This document shows, one piece after another, positions 46,188 to 54,045 of a DNA stretch of 64,000 nucleotides. Source of the DNA: an uncultured Caldisericota bacterium (GTDB lineage Bacteria > Caldisericota > Caldisericia > UBA6126). Every line of letters starts with the position of its first letter. The first letter of the stretch is position 1. The translations under genes and the position numbers were made by a program. The stretch covers positions 2,978 through 66,977 of the forward strand of contig CAYRWA010000061.1 of the NCBI GenBank assembly GCA_964427915.1, written 5' to 3'. The notes below the pieces were generated by a model that saw nothing but the letters and a program-made list of their open reading frames with translations, did not search any database and was not told the DNA's origin.

Positions 46188-46590
46188 ACAATTACATGAC
46201 ATCCAAGATGCAGACAAAGAACACCATTTACCTACAAAAAAAGTGGTGGAGCTTTCTGAAAAACATGGTTATAGTCCCGCCAAAGTCTATGGAGTTGAAA
46301 CATTCTACACAATGTATTCAACAAAACCACGTGGCAAGCATATTATTCGCATTTGCGAAAACCAATCCTGTCATATGGCAAAGGCTAAAAACATGATTCA
46401 TCATCTTGAAAAGAGATTGGACACCCATGTTGGTGGCACTACAAAAGACGGCCTTTTTACTCTTGAATTAAGCAGTTGTTTGGGCATGTGCTCTGTTTCA
46501 CCTGCAATGATGATTGATGATGTTCCCTATGGAAATCTCACGGAAGATCGCATAGATGAAATCATCAATTCCTACAAGGAGGGCAAATAA
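46162..46590 (+). CDS. NuoE/HydC-like [2Fe-2S] subunit, copy 2
   Basis: CENQSC..CLGMCSVSPAMMIDD (C-x4-C..C-x3-C). Overlaps the end of nuoF-like 1. Confidence 0.8.
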   Translation: MEEKKHLLEQLHDIQDADKEHHLPTKKVVELSEKHGYSPAKVYGVETFYTMYSTKPRGKHIIRICENQSCHMAKAKNMIHHLEKRLDTHVGGTTKDGLFTLELSSCLGMCSVSPAMMIDDVPYGNLTEDRIDEIINSYKEGK

Positions 46591-48233
46591 TGAAGTTTTA
46601 TAGAATGCACGTCCTTGTTGCACAAGACACTAGGAGCATCATGGCTGGAGCCAAACGTGTAGAAGAAGCTCTTAAAGAAGAAATACGTCTTGCTGGCTTA
46701 GAAGATGAAATCCGAGTGGTACCAACAGGATCTTTAGGCTTTAGTGATAAGGATCAAGTTGCAATCGCTATCTACCCTGACAACATTATCTACTGCCCCG
46801 TTCTTGTTAGCACCGTTCCAGAAATTGTTAAAGAACATTTCTTAAAAGGTAGAGTTATCAAAGCATTGGCTCATCCCATGGAACAAAAAGAAGTCACCAT
46901 GGAAGAGCGTGCAAGTGAAAACCAGATGAATCTGGATATTCAAAAACGAATCTTATTGCAAAATGTTGGTAAAATTGATCCTGAAAATATTCAGGAGTAT
47001 CTTGCTGCGGATGGTTATGTAGCACTAGAAAAAGCCCTCTTCGACATGAGCCCTGAAAAAGTAATTGAAGAAGTCAAAACATCTGAACTTCGAGGTCGAG
47101 GAGGAGCTGGCTTCCCCACTGGCCTGAAGTGGCAGTTTACACGTCCAAATCCAGGACCTGTAAAATATGTTATATGCAATGCAGATGAAGGGGAACCCGG
47201 AACCTTTAAGGATCGTGAAATTATGGAAGGCGACCCCCACAAAATGATTGAGGGGATGATATTGGCCGCCTATGCAGTTGGTGGAACACATGGTTATATC
47301 TATATTCGTGGAGAATACACTCTCTCTATCCAACGACTCCAAAAAGCAATTGATGATTGTTATGAATATGGGCTACTAGGAAAAAATATCCTAGGAACAG
47401 ATTTTAGTTTTGAGCTCTGTATTCATGCCGGTGCTGGTGCTTACATTTGCGGAGAAGAAACTGCTTTGATCAACTCCATTGAAGGAAAGCGTGGGGAACC
47501 TAGAAAAAAACCACCTTATCCACCCTCTCAAGGTCTTTGGGAAAAACCTACATTGGTCAATAATGTGGAAACATTTGCAAATATACCCGCTATCATTTCT
47601 CATGGTGGTGAATGGTACCAATCCATTGGCGTTGAAGGATCCCGCGGTACCAAGCTTTTCTCCTTGATGGGGGACATCAACTGGAAGGGTACGATTGAAA
47701 TTCCTTTCGGTACTCCCGTTGGTGATATTATTGATAATGTTGGTCATGGGGTTCGCTATGATCGTCAATTAAAAGGGGTTATTCTCGGTGGATCTTCTGG
47801 ATCCCTTCTTGTTCCCGAGGAACTAACGACCCCGGTAGATTTTCATTCTTTAGCTCACATTGAAGCTGGCCCTGGTTCTGGTTCCATCGTGGTCATGGAT
47901 GAAACTCGATGCATTGTTGACATTTGTCTCAATATCGCGGAATTTTTCCGTCATGAATCTTGTGGTAAGTGTACACCTTGCAGAGAAGGTACTGCCCAAA
48001 TTTGCCACCTTCTTGAAATGATCGCATCTGGAAATGGCTTACCAGAAGATATTGATCATTTAGAAAGAATATCTCAAACAATGATGGATACTTCTTTTTG
48101 TCCTCTTGGACAAACAGCTCCATCTGTTTTACGACAAGCTTTGAAAAAATATCGTCAAGAATTTCTTGATCACGTTCATGGTAACAACTGCCCTGCAGAG
48201 ATATGTAATATGAACTTCACAGAGGAGGATTGA
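46590..48233 (+). CDS. NuoF/HydB-like flavoprotein subunit, copy 2 (N-terminal [2Fe-2S] module degenerate)
   Basis: GRGGAGFPTGLKW, CNADEGEPGTFKDR and ESCGKCTPCREG..SFCPLGQ are intact. The N-terminal module reads VAQDTRS..TGSLGFSDKD where copy 1 has CAGGQC..TGCMGACEMG. Confidence 0.9.
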   Translation: MKFYRMHVLVAQDTRSIMAGAKRVEEALKEEIRLAGLEDEIRVVPTGSLGFSDKDQVAIAIYPDNIIYCPVLVSTVPEIVKEHFLKGRVIKALAHPMEQKEVTMEERASENQMNLDIQKRILLQNVGKIDPENIQEYLAADGYVALEKALFDMSPEKVIEEVKTSELRGRGGAGFPTGLKWQFTRPNPGPVKYVICNADEGEPGTFKDREIMEGDPHKMIEGMILAAYAVGGTHGYIYIRGEYTLSIQRLQKAIDDCYEYGLLGKNILGTDFSFELCIHAGAGAYICGEETALINSIEGKRGEPRKKPPYPPSQGLWEKPTLVNNVETFANIPAIISHGGEWYQSIGVEGSRGTKLFSLMGDINWKGTIEIPFGTPVGDIIDNVGHGVRYDRQLKGVILGGSSGSLLVPEELTTPVDFHSLAHIEAGPGSGSIVVMDETRCIVDICLNIAEFFRHESCGKCTPCREGTAQICHLLEMIASGNGLPEDIDHLERISQTMMDTSFCPLGQTAPSVLRQALKKYRQEFLDHVHGNNCPAEICNMNFTEED

Positions 48234-48237
48234 AGCT

Positions 48238-50064
48238 GTGGAAAACAAGACTGTAAATATCAAAATCAATGGTAATGATTACTCTATTGATGGCTGTGCT
48301 ACAATACTTGAAGCCTGTCGTCAAGCTGGCATTTCTATTCCAACACTATGTTACATGGAAAACATTTGCGATGAAGGGTCCTGTGGACTTTGCGTAGTTG
48401 AAGTTGCCAAATCCCATACTCTTCAACGTGCCTGCATTACCCAGGTTTATGATGGAATGGAAATCCAAACAAATACGTCTCGAGTCCGTCAAGCTCGAAA
48501 AACAATACTGGAACTTATCCTTGCCAATCATCCACAAGATTGCTTAAATTGTGCTGCTAGTGAAATCTGCGAACTTCGCAAAATTTCCTACGACCTTGGC
48601 ATTGACGAAACTCCTTTTGAACCTACGAAAGAATTGGACTTACCCTTGGACACATCGTCTCCAGCTATTGTACGTGATCTCAACAAATGTATCCTATGCC
48701 GTCGTTGTGTAAAAGAATGTGAACTGGTTCAATCGGTCAATGTTATCGAGATAGCTGGTAGAGGAATCAATAGCAAGGTCAGTTGTTTTATGGATAAAGG
48801 CCTGGGAGACACCTACTGTACCAATTGTGGTCAGTGCATTAAGGTTTGTCCTGTTGGTGCCCTAACCGAAAAGAACGATGTTGATCGTGTATGGGATTAT
48901 CTATCAGATCCCAAAAAGCACGTTGTTATTCAAACTGCACCCGCCGTTCGTGTAGCACTTGGTGAAGAATTTGGTATGCCAGTTGGATCTCTTGTAACTG
49001 GCAAAATGGCAGCTGGTATCCGCCGATTAGGTTTCGATGGAGTCTTTGACACCGATTTTGCTGCCGATCTTACAATTTTAGAAGAAGGTACTGAGTTTAT
49101 CGGTCGACTCACCAAAGTTCTTAGCGGTGAACATGCACACCTTCCCTTAATCACATCTTGTTCTCCAGGGTGGATCAAATTCATTGAACACTTCTTCCCA
49201 AAATGTTTACCCAACGTGTCTTCTTGTAAATCTCCTCAACAAATGTTTGGTGCCGTTACCAAAACATACTATGCCAAACAAAAGAGTTTGGATCCTAGAG
49301 ATGTTATCTGTGTTTCTGTTATGCCTTGCACAGCCAAAAAATACGAATGCTTGCGACCAGAAATGGACGATGCTTTTGACCACTGGAAAGACAAACTCAT
49401 GCTCAAAGATGAAGACCATTTCCAAGATGTCGACGTAGCTATTACAACAAGAGAATTGGGTCGCATGATGAAAGAAGTTGGAGTTGACTTTGAACATCTT
49501 CCCGAAGAACCTTTCGATTCTCCCCTTGGTGAATCCACTGGTGCTGCTGTCATTTTTGGAGCAACCGGTGGAGTTATGGAAGCAGCTCTACGTACTGTAT
49601 ACGAAGTAGTAACCGGTAAACCACTTCCAAAAGTCGAGTTAGAGGTAGTACGAGGCATGAAAGGTATTCGTACCGCAGACATACCTATGGTAACCGCAGA
49701 AGGTAAAGAAATTACAGCAAAAGTTGCCATTGCCTCTGGTTTAGGAAATGCAAAGGTCCTCCTTGAAGAAGTAAGCAATGGAAACAGTCCCTATCACTTC
49801 ATCGAAATTATGGCTTGCCCTGGTGGATGCCTTAATGGTGGTGGACAACCCATTAGCAATGATCCGAATGTTTGTGAAAAACGCGCTGCTGCCTTGTATT
49901 CACAGGATGAAGCCATAACGATTCGAAAATCTCACGATAATCCCGAAATTAAGAAGATTTATGAAGACTACTTTGAAAAACCAAATTCACATTTAGCTCA
50001 TGAACTTCTTCACACAAGCTATGTAGAGCGTGATCTATACGAGTTAGAAAAAGAAGATAACTAG
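48238..50064 (+). CDS. hydA: [FeFe]-hydrogenase catalytic subunit, M3-type domain layout, L1 motif variant TSCSPGW
   Basis: GTG start after GAGGAGGA. N-terminal plant-type [2Fe-2S] Cys set. HPQDCLNCAASEIC (His-ligated 4Fe-4S). CILCRRCVKEC and CTNCGQCIKVCP. H-domain L1 TSCSPGW, L2 MPCTAKKYE, L3 EIMACPGGCLNGGGQP. C-terminal small-subunit-like tail. Confidence 0.9.
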   Translation: MENKTVNIKINGNDYSIDGCATILEACRQAGISIPTLCYMENICDEGSCGLCVVEVAKSHTLQRACITQVYDGMEIQTNTSRVRQARKTILELILANHPQDCLNCAASEICELRKISYDLGIDETPFEPTKELDLPLDTSSPAIVRDLNKCILCRRCVKECELVQSVNVIEIAGRGINSKVSCFMDKGLGDTYCTNCGQCIKVCPVGALTEKNDVDRVWDYLSDPKKHVVIQTAPAVRVALGEEFGMPVGSLVTGKMAAGIRRLGFDGVFDTDFAADLTILEEGTEFIGRLTKVLSGEHAHLPLITSCSPGWIKFIEHFFPKCLPNVSSCKSPQQMFGAVTKTYYAKQKSLDPRDVICVSVMPCTAKKYECLRPEMDDAFDHWKDKLMLKDEDHFQDVDVAITTRELGRMMKEVGVDFEHLPEEPFDSPLGESTGAAVIFGATGGVMEAALRTVYEVVTGKPLPKVELEVVRGMKGIRTADIPMVTAEGKEITAKVAIASGLGNAKVLLEEVSNGNSPYHFIEIMACPGGCLNGGGQPISNDPNVCEKRAAALYSQDEAITIRKSHDNPEIKKIYEDYFEKPNSHLAHELLHTSYVERDLYELEKEDN

Positions 50065-50084
50065 TCTTCTTTTTTCCGCTATGT

Positions 50085-50118
50085 AAAAAAAAGCCTCCCT
50101 ATCAGGGAGGCTTTTTTT
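50085..50118. terminator. Bidirectional rho-independent terminator between hydA and the GT4 gene
   Basis: A-run, AGCCTCCC-tatca-GGGAGGCT, T-run. The GT4 stop codon lies within the T-run. Confidence 0.75.
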
Positions 50119-51751
50119 AATGCTTTTGTGGCTGCTTTTGTGGCTGCAAAACTGAAAGGTATTTCTGAATCATAGTTTCCCAAGAAAAAACACTTGCTGT
50201 TGTAGTATGCAAAAGGTTTCGCAGTTCTTTTCGTTGTATATCCGAACATTCTTGAAGAGCTTGCAGTGTATCTACAATACCCCTGTTTATTGAAAAAACT
50301 AACTCTTCATCTAGTAACATTGGTTTAGGAAAAATATGTGGAAATATGGGTCTAAGAGCTTTCCTATACATGGAATCAATTGCTGAAAAAGCGCCACAGT
50401 CAGTCATTAATGATAAAATACCAGAAGAAAATGATTCAATGGCTGCTTGACCAAAAGTCTCGGGGACAATAAAGGGAAACACTGTTAGATCCACACTTCG
50501 TATCAATTTACTAAGAACTGGTTGATCCAGGTAGCCTGTAAAGAATACATCTTTTTTTATTTCATTTTTGGCGGCATAGAAATATTTTTCACGAAAAAGA
50601 GGGTCTTGCATCCAATCAAGAAAGGACTGATGATATTTTACGGATGCAATGTCAATGTGAGAATCCCATAAATCAGGGTGTTGTATTGATTCCAAATACA
50701 ACTCCTCTCGGCCATGATGAAGGTATGAAATCAATGTTTCTGCATATGTTTGGGTTGGACCAAAACCTGTAAAAACAAATCTGGCATTTGGAAATTTCTG
50801 TAGAACAAGGGGTATGGCCATCACAATCAATTGAATTCCTTTTGTCCAAAGATATCTTCCGTCATATAAAACAAGAGGATGTGAAGTTGTATCAAGAGTA
50901 CTTAACCGGAAAATCTCAAGAACATCAGTCTCCCAATAATGCTCCTCTCCAATTAGAAACGGGCCCATTTGTGAGTGTCCTTTTGTACTCTGCAAAATAT
51001 CTTTTAACAGAGAAGATCTTGATTCGTCAGGTTCAAGAGGGCGAAACATTTCAATATCAAGCCCCGGAGGAACCACACACATCTTATTCTGCCAATCACT
51101 TAGATTGATAGTGGTTGGCATATCCGAAGGCGTTTGCAAAACGCGAACAAAATCATGTTGCACATCCTCGGAGGTAAAACACATTGTATCAAATCGTTGC
51201 AATCCCTGAATGGCATATGTTCTCAAAAGAGAACTCTTTTTCATACAGTTGATACCATTTCCATGTATGGTAGCAATACATTCTGTACCCTGAGAAATAT
51301 TTTTTAGAGAGGCAACAACCATAGGTTGCAATACACAATGGTGCGCCCATATAGCATCGATAGACTGCTGAGAAAGAATTGTATCGACTGCTATAACATT
51401 TTTATGAATATATGTTTCTAGATCCTTTTCAGGCATAAAACTCATCTCTTTTGCAACAAACGTAGATTGTGATTCATACAAGAACACTGGTAGAATATCC
51501 CCAATGTTGGGGCGATACAATGAGCAAGTTCCGGGAAAGGATGACTCTCTTTTAAAAACAGTACGAAAGGATTTTTCTTTCTCTTCAAAATGCAATACTT
51601 CTGAAATGATATCAAAACTCCAGTGATCTGTTTCTTGACAAACAAGAATCACGTCATGCCCGAGTCTAACAAGGTTTTTACATGCATGGTATACAAACAA
51701 ATTGCTACTTGCTCCTTGTAAAAAACACCCATGAACAATCAAGATCTTCAT
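50117..51751 (-). CDS. Glycosyltransferase, GT4/GT-B (group 1) family, long form
   Basis: MKILIVHG start after AGGAGGA. N-terminal GT-B pattern (GHDVILV). C-terminal region with PETFGQAAIESFSSG, which is like the E-x7-E motif region. Confidence 0.65.
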   Translation of the reverse strand: MKILIVHGCFLQGASSNLFVYHACKNLVRLGHDVILVCQETDHWSFDIISEVLHFEEKEKSFRTVFKRESSFPGTCSLYRPNIGDILPVFLYESQSTFVAKEMSFMPEKDLETYIHKNVIAVDTILSQQSIDAIWAHHCVLQPMVVASLKNISQGTECIATIHGNGINCMKKSSLLRTYAIQGLQRFDTMCFTSEDVQHDFVRVLQTPSDMPTTINLSDWQNKMCVVPPGLDIEMFRPLEPDESRSSLLKDILQSTKGHSQMGPFLIGEEHYWETDVLEIFRLSTLDTTSHPLVLYDGRYLWTKGIQLIVMAIPLVLQKFPNARFVFTGFGPTQTYAETLISYLHHGREELYLESIQHPDLWDSHIDIASVKYHQSFLDWMQDPLFREKYFYAAKNEIKKDVFFTGYLDQPVLSKLIRSVDLTVFPFIVPETFGQAAIESFSSGILSLMTDCGAFSAIDSMYRKALRPIFPHIFPKPMLLDEELVFSINRGIVDTLQALQECSDIQRKELRNLLHTTTASVFSWETMIQKYLSVLQPQKQPQKH

Positions 51752-52004
51752 GATAGTCCTCCTTCCAAAAGATATAAAAAACATAACTCGGGACGTTGAA
51801 GAACGTAGAAAAAAGACATTTTTCTTATCGTATCATGGCAGTTGTATTCTGTAAAGATAATAACAAGAAAAGTTACATTTTAGTTGAAACATGACTTTAC
51901 AATCAAAGGTACTTATCGTAAGGTAAGAAATGAAAAAGCCGAATGATCTAGTGATTTTTTCTAGGGTATCTGATAGTATACAAAAGCTTCGTAGGTGAAA
52001 GATC

Positions 52005-52166
52005 ATGACAAATGATAAAGATCAAAGAAATATACTTTTAATGGCGCTTGTTGTTGGAACTTTGTTCTTGATTGTGATTAGTTCTATAGTATTGTATCAA
52101 GTTGGAATGAATCAACCTCGTTTTCATCCTTCTAACTATGCATTTCCTGCAAGGAGTTACCGGTAA
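52005..52166 (+). CDS. Hypothetical 53-aa single-pass membrane peptide
   Basis: ATG at 52005 after AGGTGA. Hydrophobic core ILLMALVVGTLFLIVISSIVL. TAA at 52164-52166. Below the ORF-track length cut-off. Confidence 0.3.
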   Translation: MTNDKDQRNILLMALVVGTLFLIVISSIVLYQVGMNQPRFHPSNYAFPARSYR

Positions 52167-52172
52167 AATAGT

Positions 52173-52205
52173 AAAAAAAGTGGCAGGCAAAGCCTACCAC
52201 TTTTT
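52173..52205. terminator. Bidirectional rho-independent terminator
   Basis: A-run, GTGGCAGGC-aaa-GCCTACCAC (one mismatch), T-run. It sits between convergent genes. Confidence 0.6.
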
Positions 52206-52230
52206 AATACCTTAGATCGGTACGATTATT

Positions 52231-52536
52231 CTACCAGGTACGATTTCGATTACCACCGCGGAAACCGCCTCCGCCATTTCCACGATCTCTATTTTCACGT
52301 GGTTTTGCTTCGGAAGCTCTAATTTCTCTTCCTTGAAGATTTTTACCATCAAGTTCTTCAATAGCTTTCAAAGCTTCTTCTTGGTTTGGCATTTCAACAA
52401 AACCAAAACCACGAGAACGATTTGTCATACGGTCTTTGATAACGCTACAAGAGGTGATTTCACCAAATGGTTCAAAAGCAGCTCTTAAATCAGAATCCTG
52501 GGTGTCAAACGATAAGTTACCTACATAAATGTTCAT
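52231..52536 (-). CDS. RRM-type RNA-binding protein with Gly/Arg-rich tail
   Basis: RNP-2 IYVGNL. RNP-1 RGFGFVEM. C-terminal RDRGNGGGGFRGGNRN. Confidence 0.9.
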   Translation of the reverse strand: MNIYVGNLSFDTQDSDLRAAFEPFGEITSCSVIKDRMTNRSRGFGFVEMPNQEEALKAIEELDGKNLQGREIRASEAKPRENRDRGNGGGGFRGGNRNRTW

Positions 52537-52715
52537 ACAATTGCCTCCAGCAATTTTTTATTTGTATCACTAGACTATTATGCTGGAGTGATGTGATCGA
52601 ACCAACGTAACAGAACTAATAATCGATTACTATACTAGCAGATATTGAAAAAAGTTCCAATACCTTTTTAAAAAAAGTTGCATTTTTTTTATTTTTTTTT
52701 ATGCGTTGCATTTTT

Positions 52716-53267
52716 TTAGTAAAAAAGAGCTAAAAATCCTAATAAACAAAGCAGTATCCCCGATAAATAAGGAAGTACTGGAACATTCCTTTTACGAAGA
52801 ACAGATCCCATCCAAATGCCCAAAAATCCCCATAAAAATGAAAACCCAAAAACAGAGATGGTTGTAGGGATAAAGGGAATGTTATGTGAAGAAAAAGTAA
52901 AGCCTACAGCAAATGCATCAATACTAGTTGCTATACCCAAAAAGAAATATGTGAAGAGCGTAGTTGCTTTTCCCTTTAAACCTTCATCGTCTTTTCCCTT
53001 TCTAGCTTCTACAATCATTTTTATACCAATACATAGTAGAATCGTAAAAGATATCCATCGCTCAATAGTCCCTATATATGATTGTGTCCAGCTATTTAAA
53101 AGAGTGCCAGAAACAAAAAATAATACTTGAAAGAACCCAAAGTTTAATCCCGCAAAAAGAGATTGCTGCAATCTATATTTTTGTTGTAGAACACCCAATG
53201 AAATTGAAACGACCATTGAATCCATAGCTAAAGTGAAACCAATGGCTACAATGCGAAATAAAACCAT
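52716..53267 (-). CDS. mntP: Manganese efflux pump MntP
   Basis: Two DUF204 halves with AMDSMVVSISLG and SIDAFAVGF. Six TM segments. Length 183 aa. Confidence 0.85.
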   Translation of the reverse strand: MVLFRIVAIGFTLAMDSMVVSISLGVLQQKYRLQQSLFAGLNFGFFQVLFFVSGTLLNSWTQSYIGTIERWISFTILLCIGIKMIVEARKGKDDEGLKGKATTLFTYFFLGIATSIDAFAVGFTFSSHNIPFIPTTISVFGFSFLWGFLGIWMGSVLRKRNVPVLPYLSGILLCLLGFLALFY

Positions 53268-53340
53268 ACACTCTCCAATACATTTTCTATAAAACTAAAA
53301 AAGCGCACTATAAAACTTCTGATTGAGTAATAATACCACC

Positions 53341-53380
53341 AAAAAAGCCTACTGCACAAACAACTATTTGTGCAGTAGGC
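53341..53380 (-). terminator. Rho-independent terminator
   Basis: On the minus strand, a 14-bp stem GCCTACTGCACAAA/TTTGTGCAGTAGGC with a 6-nt loop, followed by TTTTTT. Confidence 0.75.
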
Positions 53381-53412
53381 AGATCTAATTGCAACGTTAC
53401 AAAGGCAAGTCC

Positions 53413-53907
53413 CTAGTATTTTAATACAAGAGAATTCAAGATTTCTTTTATACCTTCATCGTCAGCATGACCATTGCCTTGAAGAGTAATGACGAGTTTG
53501 TTTTGATCTTTTGTGTTGACCATCATAGTTTGCTCAACATCACCATGTACAAAGGACGTTTGATAGAAATTAATAGCAGAATATGTGACCAATTCAGTTG
53601 GAGTACCACCATAATTTTGAGAGAAATTTGTTACAGAAGTTTCATCATCTTGATCAACACCTTTCTCTAATTCTATAAGCACATAAAGCTTTGAATCCTC
53701 TTTCTTGGCACTGATAGTATGGTACTTGGTATTCTCTTCAACAGTCCATTGATCCGAATAGTCAAAAGAAATATACTCTCCGTCAAAGTGATTCATTTCA
53801 TTACCAACATCCTGGTTGTTGGATGTTGGTTCTTAAGGTTCACCAGTACATCCTATAACGGCAAAAACCATAGTAAAAATTACGAAAACAGATAGAATTC
53901 TTCTCAT
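53413..53907 (-). pseudogene. Lipoprotein gene interrupted by one in-frame TAA (signal peptide and lipobox separated from the 127-aa body)
   Basis: GGAGG, then the ATG at 53907. MRRILSVFVIFTMVFAVIGCTGEP, then TAA (53835-53833). The same frame continues EPTSNNQDVGNE-MNHFDGEY... to the stop at 53413. Confidence 0.55.
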
Positions 53908-54045
53908 AAAAACCTCCAAGCATACAAGATATAATTACTAGAATGGATAGAATCGTAGACCTGTTTTTACTATAGAACCTGTTTTTCTTTTGTCAATTGA
54001 TTTCACACGATACTTGAATATGTTTTCACTGTTCAAAAACAAACA

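Noticed and set aside
50064-50117. Gene-orientation switch: nearly all genes are on the + strand from 11915 to 50064, and all are on the - strand from 50117 to the window end. This might mark a replication terminus or an inversion breakpoint.
   Set aside because: It cannot be evaluated without a computed GC/AT skew over a larger region. Locally it is just a convergent gene pair sharing a bidirectional terminator.
52670-52717. Long A-run/T-run segments with a repeated GTTGCATTTTTTT, which could be read as a repeat element.
   Set aside because: There are only two short copies in an AT-rich intergenic spacer. It is most simply a weak terminator or spacer sequence after mntP. I mention it under the RRM-leader finding but do not call it a separate element.
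53268-53340. Looked for a yybP-ykoY manganese riboswitch upstream of mntP.
   Set aside because: Only about 70 nt separate the upstream terminator from the mntP RBS. The conserved GGAGAGTAG/GGGGAGTAG-type riboswitch cores are absent.
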